Positions 25,001-37,700 are shown, counted from the first letter of the stretch. The stretch: DNA of 64,000 bases from Azolla caroliniana (GCA_043228905.1 JBHGNT010000022.1:2418001-2482000), one strand, 5' to 3'. Translations and numbers: made by a program. The notes: a model not told the origin generated them from the letters alone.

Positions 25001-25194
25001 CGTGGTCTAGGCAAAAGGAAAGAAAAGAAAAGAAAAAAAAAATAAAATAAAAAAATGACGTGGGCAGAATCGACGCGAATCATCGTAATGATGGGGAGAT
25101 CACAAGAGGTGGGAGCGCCACCATGCAACGAAGAGGCGCCATGCATTAAAGAAGGACGTGTGCGGACTTGCTATTTAAAGCAGAGAACGTGGGC

Positions 25195-28100
25195 ACATGC
25201 GCGGGAAACGAAAAAGGACGGCTCGAGGCACAACCCACTATATAAGACACAGGCCTGCGAAGGGCTCACGTTTTACGAATTTTCCTACATACAGGCGTAG
25301 AAGCACAGAAGAGTGACCCGACGCAGAGAGCACACACAGCGCGATCCCGAACACCAGGCAGTAGACGAAGAATTCGAGGCAATGGTACTATCGGAAGAGG
25401 CACGCCAATGGATGAGGGAGAACGGGTTAAAAGGCTTGCTGCGGATCGCCGACGCTCCACCACACGCAGAACCAGAGCAGGCGGCAGCATCGATCGATAT
25501 ATCAGAAGTCACGGAAGGAGCGGTGTAGGCACTCACGGGGATCAAAGCAGGAGGACTGCAAATAATCGAAAACCCTTCCAGTGAAATTCTGTTCGAATAT
25601 TTCGGGGAATACTCTATCAGCAGCAAGGCGTACCGAACGCAGGGCGGAGAGAACCTGCTGTTCGGAGAAGTGGACCGCGCTATGATGGAATACGGATTCG
25701 TGAATCCCCGTCCCCCAGCCATAGCCAAGTATCGGGCAACATTCTTGATAGCAGCGTACGAGGGCTTACAAATAGACTGGCTCCATTTCATAACCGAAGG
25801 ATTGAAGGAGGCCATCAGAAATCTTGTGGAAGGAAAAAGGCCATGGGCCGGGATAACACAATGGCTAACGGTGTTAGTCCCACCGGTGCTCCCCATCACA
25901 CAAAAGAAAAGAGGTCGGCAGGAGACGACGCCGAAAAAGGTCACAAAGCGCCGACAGATCTTGGAAAAACACACCCCCGGATGGACCCAGCAAGAAGCAG
26001 AACAGCAGGGGGAAGGACCATCCCGACAGCAACAGGAACCGGCCACAAAGGCAAAACCGGCAGGTAAAGGCAAAGGGAAAGCGGCTGAGGAGGAACCGGT
26101 AGCGCGCAAACCAATCCATATAACGTTGCGACGGCCGGAACCGGAACCAGAGGTCTCTAGACAAAAGGTCCGTCTGGTACCCGCACCGGAGGAGGAAACT
26201 GAAACTGAAGACTCATCCGAACCACTGGTAAGACTGCCAGCAAGACAAGGTCGGGAGAAACGGGCGAAAGGACCGGCTCCACCAGTGGACAGAACTTAGC
26301 AGAGGGCGCAAGGACCATCTCCAGTAGCCGAGGCGGAAATAGCACCGAAACCTGTACCCAGGGAAACAGCACCGACACCGGTTGGGCCGGACTTCAGAAA
26401 ACCGGTCATCCCGGAGAAGAAGAAGGAACAAGCGCCGGAGCCGGAGCCAGAGAAGAGGCCGGAAAATCAGCCTGGCTTAAGTGAGCAAGGCCACCCCGAC
26501 ACCGGAAGAACAAAGCCACAATGGCTGAGATGGCTTTCGGAGCAGTTATCGGGAGTAGCGGACCAGTTAGAGAAAGAAGAAACGTGTCGGCAACAGCTGA
26601 CGCATACAACAACGCAGGAGTTGGTCGCGCTCCGAACACAGATCGAGGAAATGCAAGGGGAGCTGTTGCAGGCAAGGGAAGGAATTCAACAAGCACAAGT
26701 TGTCACCGAGCCGGTCGGGACAACAAGGAAGCAACCAGAACCGGAACCGCAACCGGTAGCCTTGCAAACCGGCCCTGAGACCGAAAAAATAATAGAAACC
26801 TTACGAGAGTTACAAGCTCAGGAGGCATTAAGGGAAAGAGAAAGGGAGCAACGGAAAGCGGTGGAGGATGACAGACGAAAAATGGAAGAAGGCCTCCGGA
26901 AAGGTCGAGCCGGTAATGACCGACTGCAAGAAGAAAAAGAGAAGCTGCAGAAGGAGAAGGACCGACTACGTCGACATGCCGAACAAGAGATAGAACGACT
27001 GCAGGAAGAACTCCGACAACAGAAGGACCGGGACGATCGGTTAAGAGCTCAGGCAACCCGACGCCTGAAGCAGAAGACGGAGGACTTCGACCGTCTTTAC
27101 AGGGATCACAAGCAGGCCGGGTCGGACAACAAAAAACGAGCAGCAGACTACGACCGGCAAATAGAGAAGCTGAAAGAGCAGCTCAAAGAGACCCGATTAG
27201 ACCTGGCTAAGGCGATGGATGAGGTCAGTGCCAACAAGGAAGCATTGTCGGCGGAAATAGCCCAAGCAACGGAGAGAAGGAAGGAATTAGAGGCGTTAAG
27301 GCGGGAAAAGCTGGACCTGACCAAGATCAGGAATGAAGAAAAGGAAAAATCGACCTTCACGATCAGCAAACTGCAGAGTACCTATGAAAAGCAGAAAGCA
27401 GATTACGAGGCCCAGGCTCAGATAATGGCCGACATTATAAAACGGGCAAGGAAGGAAAAGCAGGAAGCTTATGCGCATGCTAAGGCAGGAGTTGACCGGA
27501 TCAAGCTCATCATGTCAGGATGGAGTACCCGAGCTCAGGCAAGTATCAACGAAAGTACGGAAAAGCTATGGAAGGAGTGGTCACAACAGGCAGCCGAGCT
27601 GCAGACACTCCGAGCGGATGCCGAGAATCGGAAGAAGACCGGTGACAGGTTCTACAAGATGGATGAAGAAAGTATCGTCGCCATTCGGGAGGAATTGTCG
27701 GAGGATTTCTACACTTTAGCAGAAGAACACCTCAAAGAAATCCGAGGGTTGGTAGAGAGGTTGGATGACGGGCAGCTCGCAACTCAGTTGGAGTTGGAGA
27801 GATACGAGCAGGACCGGTTACGACAGGAAGCTAAGGAAAGAATGACGCCAACCACTATTGGTGAGGGAACGCGACCGGCTGAAGATGAACCAACCGACAC
27901 CGAACAACCCCGACGAGGAATACCTGAAGACGAACTTGAAGAAGAGCAGGAGCGGACCGATGCCGGAGAAGAAGAAGAGCTGAGACCGGAAGACACCAGA
28001 GCAGAGGAAGGAGGCATATCAAGTCGACCAGTCGAGACCGGAGAAAGCGACACCGGTAACAGAACAGAGCGAGGAACAGAGGGAGAACAGGAAGAACCCG

Positions 28101-28282
28101 GACGAAGCGGTGAGGAAGCACCGGCACCACGGAATCAAGCAGAGCCGGAGCAGAAAATTTTTACGGAACAGCCTACCCAACAGGAGGTCGGAGACCAGGC
28201 AGGCAAGGAACAGGAACAGGAGGAAGAAGCACCACTTGACACTATCGAGCAAAGTGTGCTCTATATTTTGGAGGAAGACTGA
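25195..28282 (+). pseudogene. Extra ORF of copy 2
   Basis: Homologous to 658-3745. A 50-bp deletion removes the ATG, and there are CAG>TAG stops at 25298, 25526 and 26297. Confidence 0.87.
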
Positions 28283-28332
28283 GGCCGGGTGTGGATTCGA
28301 AGTGCAAGGCACTTTCCCACGGGCGTGCCATG

Positions 28333-28717
28333 TGTTGGCCGGTCAGAAGAGCAAGGACAAGTGGGAAGGCGGAATCGGATCGGATAATAGGAAGTAATAG
28401 TAGAATTATTATTCGGAGGGACGGATTCGGTACAGTTGTACCGATCCGGATCCGAACCGATTCGGATGTCGGTTGCCTAAGCGCACCGATTGTAACCTTG
28501 CCAGATGCCTATAAAAGGATCCGATGATTTGTAAAGTGTTTTGACGGAAGTAATACAATAGTAATTATTGTGTATTTATCTATATCTCGTATTATTGCCG
28601 TCCGTGCTTAATTGTAATCATCTTATGCGTGTAACCTAGCATCCAATCCTTACCACCCCTTTGGAGAAGTGTCGGGTAGACACCTGTGTTGAGGCTAGTC
28701 CAGCCAGACAGACAACA
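28333..28717 (+). repeat. 3' LTR of Athila-like copy 2
   Basis: Matches 18631-19015. Confidence 0.95.
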
Positions 28718-28722
28718 AGTAC

Positions 28723-29500
28723 CAACATTCCGCGACGGGTTTCCCTTGCCAGTTCTCGTCACCCTGACTCCCCTTGTTTCCGAAGGGTCTGGAATTACCG
28801 TCAACGTCACTTCGGTGCCTTCTTCCTTGATCCCGCCGGACGTCTCCATTGCGCACCAACTCGCCTCGTCCACCACAAACATGGGGCCTATCTCCCTCCT
28901 GTATAGCATCTTGCTATCGGTGTGCGTAGTCTTCGACGCACCCGCGTGGTTCTCCTCTATAAGGAGCATCGATTGTAGGTCGAAAAACGACAACGTATTC
29001 TCCCGCGTGCACACAGTAGTTCGGAACGCTCCGAACTTTGACACTAGTTCTCCGAGACAGATCTGCACCATTTCGCCTTCCTCGACGTTCACATCGATGG
29101 AGGCTAAGGAGTCGCATATAGCTTTGATCTGCGAGGTGTAATCAGCCACCGATAAATCACATTGTCACAAGTTGCTCAATTCCTGTCGGAGTTGAAGCTT
29201 TTTGGCTGTGGTGCTTGTGGCAAAAATCATTTTGAGATTTCCCCAAGCATCCTTCGACGTTTTTGCATCCCGAATATAGCTGAGAAGCTGTTCGCCCACA
29301 CAAGACGTGAAGCAGTAGAGAACTCTGCTCGTCGACTGTTCCCAAGCCGGGAAGTCTCCGTGTCTCGACTTGGGTGCTGTGTCATTTGCTCCGTTGACAT
29401 AGCTTCAGTATCCATGCCCGAGCAGGTACTGGTGCATCTTGTACAACCAAGACGTGTAGTTGTTTCTGTCGAGCTTCTCGGTCAGAAGCGAGCTAGCCAT
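28723..29500 (-). pseudogene. gag: Copia B1 gag
   Basis: MASSLLTEKLDRNNYTSW... and ORF 28592-29149 are homologous to the gag at 54730-55998. Confidence 0.88.
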
Positions 29501-29602
29501 GCCTCTATCCATTTTGTTTTCCTTGTTCTTTACAAAGGTTAGGTTTTCTTCTTGAGCTAAGGTCGTCTTGCAGAGGATCTCAACCCTCTCGCTCTAATAC
29601 CA

Positions 29603-30039
29603 TGTGAAAAGAACAACATGCGGAAGCAATAGAAAGTAGAACGTAGAAAAACACAAGTTTAATGGAGAACTTGGACACACACAGTACACTGGAGAGACAG
29701 ACAGAGAGAGAGAATACACACGACTCCATTCAAAAAATAATACTCAGTCTGTACATAGAATGTGCTCAGTGAGCACTTTTATACAAGTCCATACGGACTG
29801 ACAGATGTACTGACATGTACTCCAATGCTCATAACTGAGCTCTACACTAACTCCTAAAATATATTCCTACGCGGAATAACTTTCCAACGGCCTCGCGGTT
29901 TACACACTGCTACGACTTCTCATTGTGCACCGGTTTGCGCACCGGTTTACGCACCCGGTTTAGGCACTGGTCGGTCCCAACCGATCTGGTTCTCGGCTTG
30001 TACAGCCGATCCGGCCAATGTTGAGCTTGTATCTTAACA
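29603..30039 (-). repeat. 5' LTR of copia B1
   Basis: Adjacent to PBS 29591-29602; homologous to 8897-9323. Confidence 0.9.
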
Positions 30040-30268
30040 TAATGGTTAAAGGTCTAACATATAGACCAAGAAGTCTTGGGCTCGAATCCTTGTAAGGCCA
30101 AAATGTATGTCTTCATGACAAGGGGGAGGTAAAGCCAAGGTGGGCAGAGAGGCCAGGACCAAGACATGGTTGGAGGTGGTCAAGGGATTGAGGATACATG
30201 ATGAATCGGAGACAGCCGACTTGGTCAAAATCCCTTATTCGGAGGAGCCGAATCGATTGGAGGTCATG

Positions 30269-32378
30269 TGTTGGCCGGTTAGGCCAAAGTATGAAAGGGA
30301 AGTCGGTTTTGTGATAAAGGGAGTTGTAATTAAAATTAATTATTATAATTATAAGATCGGTCAGATGGACCGGTTCGTAGCCGGTTGCCCAATTGGCACT
30401 AGTCTGTAACACAACCAGATACCTATAAAAGGATCCGGATATGATGTAACTAGAGACAGATAATTAATAGAGAAGTGTTGTTATTTTCATATCTTGTTTA
30501 TCCTGTGATTTCCATACTGAGCTTAACGAGGTTGATCTTATGTGTGTAACTAATGGATCCGGATAACAATCGGAGAGGATCGATTCTGTGAGGGTCTTCC
30601 CATTCCTTACCGTACCACTCCTTTGGTGAAGTGTTCCGAAAGGACACCCTGTGTTAGTGGCTTGTCCAGCCCAAGATTAACACAGTTTTGGCGACCATGA
30701 TTCTTGCAGAAAGGAGTGAACATCAGGGGAATGGATGACTAGACCAATGAACGACCCAATTGCCGAACGAGCAAGAAGACTAACCGAGAGACTGTAGAAG
30801 CGGGAGGCTTACCAGCAGGCGGCGGAGGAAATCGCAGATCAGTTTTTTTCCAAGGTGACTCGGTGCATCACGGAGAAGTCACTCCGATTGTAGCATAACC
30901 ACCACCCGGACGAAGGAAGTAGTCTGAGTAGTCTACAGGAAATAGAGTCCATTCTAGAGACACTTGCCGCAAGAGACATCAATTCGGGAGCGTTCTCCAC
31001 CATCTAATCGGATTCGGACGGCAAACATAGCATCCAATCGAATTATCGTAGTAGCCACGGTACCCCAGACAACCCGGAAGACGACGAATCGGACCACATT
31101 GCGACATCTGAGCTAGAGACAACAAAACCGGAGCCGGAAACAACAAAACCGGAATATCCAGACAAAACGACCGGCGCAGACCACCAAGAGGAGTGAGTTA
31201 CAATACCACCACTCGAGTCACCGAAGGAACAAGACGAGCGAGTTCCGACACCGCCCCCGGCACCACAAGAAGACAACGACACAATCCCATACCAATATCC
31301 GAAGTATCGGGATGACCCAGATCCGGAAGCCCATGTATACACGTTTCTCCAAACATGGGAGGCGAACCATGTCTCCCAACGACTGAACGAAGCAGAGCCC
31401 GAGAGGTCAAAGATAGTGGAATTTGACATGACCTTAGAGGGACCGGCGGCACGATGGCACTCTAAGTACCTCCCCCGCAATATTGACACATTCCAAGAGT
31501 TAAAGACAAGGTTTTCTAAGATTCTTCCGTAGGCAGGTGGATCAAAGGGAAATTGTCGAACAATTCTATACGACACGATAGGACCCAACCGAAACCATTA
31601 AGCAGTCCATCATACAGTGCTAGGAAATGCATAGTAAACTCACCAGAGCACCGCCGGAAGAAGCAAAAGTGATATTTTGGTGGCGCTCCGGGAACCCCTC
31701 CGAACAGTCTGTGCAGTCATAGATTTTCGGACCAACACAATAGACCAGGTCATTGACCAGGTCATGGAAATGGACAAGAATAGTTCTTGGCTAATAATAG
31801 GGGCACTCCAACGAGTACTCCCTATTGAAGAGGACCTATGGTTTGGCCAGGCCGTCCAATGCATGATGTGCCTTAATCTCGGGCACTCAACAATAGTGCA
31901 CAATGAGATCGCAGTGCATGCTATGCTATTCCGGGTCATACACAATGGACCACTGTGCATACAACCTGCTAAATCGGCAAGCTACACTAGTCCGGCACAT
32001 CAAAACCCAAAACGACCGAGAAGAAGAAGAAGAAAGATTTCGGTGAGATGATCGCTACAGACCAATACAAGACGTCTGATATAGAGATAGGTGGGACGAT
32101 TATGACCGAGACCGGAATGATCGAAGCCGGCACTATAACGACAATCGTTATGATCAAGATCACTCCCCTGGCTACAATCGGAGGAGAGAGGAGCAACGGG
32201 GAGACTATGATGATCGGCACCGGCAAGGATATCGGAACAACCGATGCTATAACAAAAAATGGAACGCTTGAAAAGAGGAGCGTCGAGAACCGGCGAAGGA
32301 TTACCAACGGGAGCCAGATAGAAGCATAACTAGCACTCAATCGGAACAACGAAGAATAGAGGAGCCCAACCAAATTTC
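30269..32378 (+). mobile_element. Athila-like element, second family: 5' LTR and degenerate gag, interrupted by copia D
   Basis: LTR TGTTGGCCGG...TTAACA at 30269-30682; PBS TGGCGACCATGA; gag motifs (YPKYRDDPDPEAHV, TWEANHVSQRL) with many stops. Confidence 0.87.
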
Positions 32379-34466
32379 TGACAGAAATACATGCTCCGTA
32401 AGCACAACGCTCGGCCACAACCGAGTCTAGGATCAAACACAGAAAACGGGTAATGTACGCACGACACAGTGAAGAGAGGAGTACACAAGATGTTTACGTG
32501 GAAAACCCAAACTAGGGAAAAACCACGACAGCCCACAAATTGCAAACTATCACTATATCACAATGTACAATAGTAAAGCACCGAGGCAACAACCTCGAGT
32601 TTGCTATCTTCACCACAAGCGGTGGTTACAACAGATGCAACGCCCTCTTCCTCTCTCTCTCTCTCTGTACACAGTTACGCACTCAAATCTTGCACCAACA
32701 AGAATGACAACAACTACAATCTCTTTTACTGAGTTTGCCCTAAGTCATATTTATACTAATATGACTTTTTGGCTATTTACAAATATAGCCCCGGGTCTTC
32801 CATTGCCGGGTACTCCACATCTGGTTCATACCGGGTCTTCGTTGCCGAGTACTTGTCATCCAGTTCTCACCGGGTCTTCCGTTGCCAGGTGCTCCAATCC
32901 CATCCGGAGGGACCTGTTTCCTAACAAACTCCCCCTTCACTCTGGCTTGGGATGTCTTACCAGTCCGATCCGATTCCGACATGCATCCAGCTTGTCGGGT
33001 ATTAGTACTTTGGTTAGCATATCCGACCCGTTCTCGGTCGTGTGGATCTTCGTCAGCGCGAACTCTCGATCTTCTACTCACTCCCGAATCCAGTGATACC
33101 TACGCTGGATGCGCTTCACCCTGGAATGGTACGCTACATTCTTAGCAAGGTAGATGGCACTTTGACTATCGCAATAGAGCCGGTATTCATCTTGCCGGAT
33201 ACCGAGCTCTCCGATGAAGTCCTTCATCCATAATATTTCCTTGCCGGCTTCCAGAGCTGCCATGTACTCCGCCTCCGTGGTTGACAACGCAACCGTCTTC
33301 TACAACCTTGACTGCCATGAAACAACTCCCCCTACATATTTCATTACATACCCGGATGTAGACTGGCTGGTATCCACATCAGCCGACATGTCCGAATCAG
33401 TAAAACCGTCAAGTTGAGGTTTAGCGGAGCCGAATCGGAGACACATATTTGAAGTGCCCTTCACGTACCGGAGTATCCATTTGATCGCGTTCCAGTGCTC
33501 CTTTCCGGGATTGCTCATAAACCAGCTCACCACTCCAACTGCATATCCTATATCCGGTCGGGTACACACCATTGCGTACATTAAGCTCCCGACGACAGAG
33601 GCATATGGAACCTTCATCATATCCGCCTTCTTTGCTTTCAACTTCAGGCTTTGCTTACCGGATAATCTGCAGTTTGCCGAGAGTGTCGATCCGACCGGTT
33701 TCGCTTCTAACATGTTGAAATGCTGAAGCACCTTTGTCACGTATTTCTCCTCTGACAGCCACAATTGCTTCTTTGACCGGTCCCGGACGATGTGCATCCC
33801 CAATATCTGTCTTGTCGGACCCAAGTCTTTCATTGCGAAAGTTCAGTTGAGAGCCCTCTTCAGCATCCGTATTTTGTCTTGGTCCCATGCGATGATCAAC
33901 ATGTCGTCCACATACAGAAGGAGTATCGGGAAGTCGCCTCCTTCGAACTTATTCACAAACACGCAGTGATCGGCCTGCGTCTTGTGGTACCCTTGATCGG
34001 TCATGAAGGAATTGAACATCCGGTACCATTGTCGGGGAGCCTGCTTCAATCTGTACAGGCTCTTCTTCAACCGGCAAACCAAGTGCTCCTTCCCTTTCTC
34101 CACGAATCCTTCCGGTTGCTACATGTCGATCTCCTCTTTGAGGTCACCGTGAAGGAATGTCGTCTTCACGTCCAGCTGCTCTACCTTGAGGTCCATGCTT
34201 GCCACTATACTCAGCACCGTCCGGATGGAGGTCATCTTTACTACCGGGGCAAATATCTCGTCGAAGTCCACGCCCTTCTTTTGCTGGAACCCCTTCACCA
34301 CAATCCTGGCTTTGTATCTCGGGGGGTTGCCGGTGTCAGGAACTCTATTAAGGCAGAGAAGGAATTAGTACTAAAAGAAGGATTAGTACTATTGTTGGGG
34401 AATAGTACTAAGACAGAGAAGGATTAGTACTATGAGAGGTGTCGAACTTTGAGAGAAGGAATGAGT

Positions 34467-34508
<42 letters not shown>

Positions 34509-34615
34509 TGATGCGAAAGATATATGTATTATATGACGGAAGATATACAACAGTAGTTAGAAGGCTTAAGACTGGCGTTGAACCGATTTGGTTCGAACTA
34601 ATGCCTTGCGCCTCC

Positions 34616-34675
34616 TTTTATAGTGTCTTCAGGAATACTCCTGAAGTTTCTAGAATGTTCCAGAGAAATCTGGAA
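34616..34675 (-). promoter_or_regulatory. TATA box with a 10-unit heat-shock element directly upstream
   Basis: TATAAAA (minus strand) at 34616-34622; TTC/GAA triplets every 5 bp from 34628 to 34675. Duplicated at 39914-39973. Confidence 0.75.
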
Positions 34676-34727
34676 TATACATCAATTTCCTAATAAAACC
34701 TAAATGAAAATAATATCCTTCAAATTA

Positions 34728-34798
34728 CAACTCATAACCTAATGGTAAAGTCTCGACCCGTGTAACAAAAGGTTATGGGTTCGAGTCTAGTTATGACA
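34728..34798 (+). ncRNA. tRNA-derived Pol III A/B-box cassette at the LTR terminus (also 40026-40096)
   Basis: TAACCTAATGG(TAAAG) at 34735-34745, AGGT variable-loop-like motif, GGTTCGAGTCT at 34778-34788. Confidence 0.6.
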
Positions 34799-37700
34799 TT
34801 ATCCCCCCTTTAAAACGACGAGTTTCACGAGTCGTTTTGGATTGAGGACCCGGTTTCTCGGGATATCGTCGATGGAAGTCTTCTAGAAGAGCACGAGCAT
34901 TGGTCACATTCTCGATCGGTTCCCAAGTACGCTCGCTGGGACTATATCCTAGCCAATCGACTAGATAGTAGAGCTTGTTGCGAACAATCTTGGAATCGAG
35001 GATGGCAGCGACCTCATACTCAGGTCCATCTTCAAGCTCGATAGGAGGTGGAGGTTGTATAGTACGTCCTGGGATAGTGCTCTCGTGATAGGGTTCGAGG
35101 AGAGAACTATGAAACACCGGGTGTATCCGAAGTTGCGGAGGTAGCTCGAGACGAAAAGCGACATCATTAATCTTCCCGATAATACGGAAAGGACCTAATC
35201 GTCGATAATCCAACTTCTCACATGGGCGAGTAGTCTTGATGTGTCGTCGTAGCAGCCACACCCGATCTCCAATGTTAAAACTGGATGGAAGTCGATGACG
35301 ATCTGCGTAGTCCTTGTGTGATTGTTGAGCTTGCTGGAGTTGAGTAGATAAATCCGCTTGTATCTTGCGTAACCGCTCCAAACGATCCTCCGCGCAAGGA
35401 TTTGTGGACACTTCTGGGGTTTCAAGGACACACCACCGGGGATGATATCCCGTATAAGCGTAGAATGGCGTGACTTTAGTCGATGCGTGGATAGCGTTAT
35501 TATAGGCAAATTCGGCGAACTGAAGAATATCTGCCCAGTCATTCTGATGATAGTTGAGAAAGCACCGCAGATACTGCTCCAGTGTTTGATTTGTTCGTTC
35601 GGCTTGACCGTCGGTTTGTGGGTGGTAGCCGGAGGAGAGGTTACAAGTGACCTTCAGCATTTTAAAAAGGTGCTTCCAGAATTTTGACACAAACTGGGGT
35701 CCACGATCGCTGATGATATTATCAGGGAGTCCATGATGCCGACATACTTCCCGCATGACAATTTCAGCGGTGTCTTCACTAGATATTTCTTTAGTACATG
35801 GTAAGAAATGAGCCATCTTCGTATATCGATCCACCACTGTGAGAATCGCACTGAATCCCTTAGAGACTGGAAGATCTGTAATGAAGTCAAGAGCAATGGA
35901 TTGCCATGGCTTGCTTGGAATTGGTAATGGTTCTAATAAACCATATGGATGATGTCTTGGCATTTTCGCTCTGCAGCATGTATCGCAAGTCCGAACAAAA
36001 TCTTCGACAAATTGTCGCATACGGGGCCACCAGAATGATCGTTGTACTAAATCTAATGTTTTAGTACTACCAAAATGTCCTGCTGTATATGTGTCATGGC
36101 AGTTTTGTACTACTCGAAGGCGGCAAGAACCATTAGGAACATACAAAAGTTCTTTAAAGAAGAGTAATCCATCACAGTATTTGAATTGCCGATAATCCGT
36201 ACCTGGTGATTGTGATTGTGAACATGACGCTCGAGAGGGGTCAATTTGTGCTAGTATAGCTTGGGCGAAAGCGTCAGTCTTCAAATCCTCACGTATAGTA
36301 TTGGTAATGTCGGAATCCACGGGCATGTCAAAGATCTGTGCTGCTTGCAGTCGTGCTGGACCCAAGATTACTTGCTTCTGGTTATCGAAAGCTGGTTCAC
36401 CGGGACGTGGTGTTAGATACGAACGCCGTGATAATGCATCTGCCTTCCCTTGGTGCTTCCCCGGACGATATGTAATTTTGAAGTCGAAGCGTGTGAGGAA
36501 GTGGGCCCACCGAGCTTGACGTCGATTCAGTACACGAGCATCTTGAAAGTAGGCAAGGTTCTTGTGGTCACTGAATACAGTGACCTGATGAGGAGATCCC
36601 TCCAGGAAATGCCTCCATTGCATAAAAGAATCAACTATTGCTAATAGCTCTTTATCATGAATTTCGTAGTTGATTCGGCGGCGTCAAACTTACGGGAGTG
36701 GAAAGCCACAGGATGTAGCTTCTCGTCGTTACCCTGTTGTGACAGAATGCTCCCCAATGCGAAATCCGATGCATCAGCTTCGATAATGAATGGTTTTTCC
36801 GGATCCACATGACCTAAAATTGGAGCTGATGTAAACGCCTTCTTAAGACTCTCGAAAGCCATGTCCGTCTCTTTAGACCAAATGAATGATTGTCCCTTCC
36901 TGGTGAGCTGTGTGAGAGGCAGCACAATTTTTGAGTAATTTTGTATGAACTTCCGGTAGAAATTTGCAAAGCCTAGGAAGCATTGCACATCCCGCACCGA
37001 ACGCGGAGTGTGCCATTCTATCACCGTTTTGACCTTGGCTGGGTCCATAGATATGCCTTCTGAGGAGATGACATAGCCGAGAAACTCCACTTGGTTGCAC
37101 CCGAAACTACATTTCTCTAACTTTGCATACAGACCATGTTCTCGAAGTCGTTTTAGTACTAATAGTACATGAGAATCATGTTCTTCTTGGGTCTTTGAAT
37201 AAACCAGTAGATCATCCAAATAGATGATCAAAAAATCATCCAAGAGATCTCGAAATATATCATTCGCCATGTGCTGGAAGACTGCCGGCGCATTAGTGAG
37301 TCCGAACGGCATGACCGTATACTCGAAGTGCCCATATCTGGTGCGAAACGCGGTCTTCCATTCATCTCCTGGTCGGATCCGTACGAGGTTATAGGCTCCT
37401 CGTAAGTCGATCTTCGTGAAGAACCTGGCACCGTTGATCCGTTCTAAAAGACTTGAGATAAGGGGAAGAGCATACCTATTTCTTACTGTGACCTTATTCA
37501 AGCCACGGTAATCTACAACGAGTCGAAGCGAGCCATCTTTTTTCTTGACGAAGAAAATGGGTGCGCCGGCTGGAGATTTCGAATGCCGAATGAAACCGTT
37601 CTCCAAATTCTCCTCTATATAGGCTCGAAGGACTTCTAGCTCGGTTGGTGACAAATTGTAGATCGGCCCCCATGGCGGCTCTTTTCCCGGTTGTAAGTCG

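Larger units (their letters stand above)
18631..28717 (+). mobile_element. Full-length Athila-like Ty3/gypsy element, copy 2, with extra ORF
   Basis: 385-bp LTRs at 18631-19015 and 28333-28717 (4 transitions seen by eye). TSD AGTAA/AGTAC. Inserted in the copia B1 zinc-knuckle codons. T-run followed by PBS TGGCGACCACGA at 19022. RT motif FLD(D/N); no second RNase H and no chromodomain. Confidence 0.94.
8897..30039 (-). mobile_element. Ty1/copia element B1, degenerate, hosting two nested elements
   Basis: TSD TAATG at 8892-8896 and 30040-30044. LTRs 8897-9323 and 29603-30039. tRNA-iMet PBS at 29591-29602, PPT at 9324-9334. gag-PR-INT-RT-RH fragments run from 29500 down to ~9650. Confidence 0.93.
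4916..30120 (-). mobile_element. Degenerate Tcn1-like chromovirus (Ty3/gypsy) with a 21-kb nest inside its 5' LTR
   Basis: TSD AGGGG at 4911-4915 and 30121-30125. LTRs are 4916-5384 and 8540-8896 plus 30045-30120. PPT at 5385-5400. Fragments of gag, integrase and chromodomain (YYFVDWLGYTPNDRTWEP) remain; most of PR/RT is deleted. Confidence 0.9.
34334..34798 (-). repeat. 3' LTR of young chromovirus
   Basis: TGTCA...TGACA termini; contains (GA)n at 34471-34504. Confidence 0.96.
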
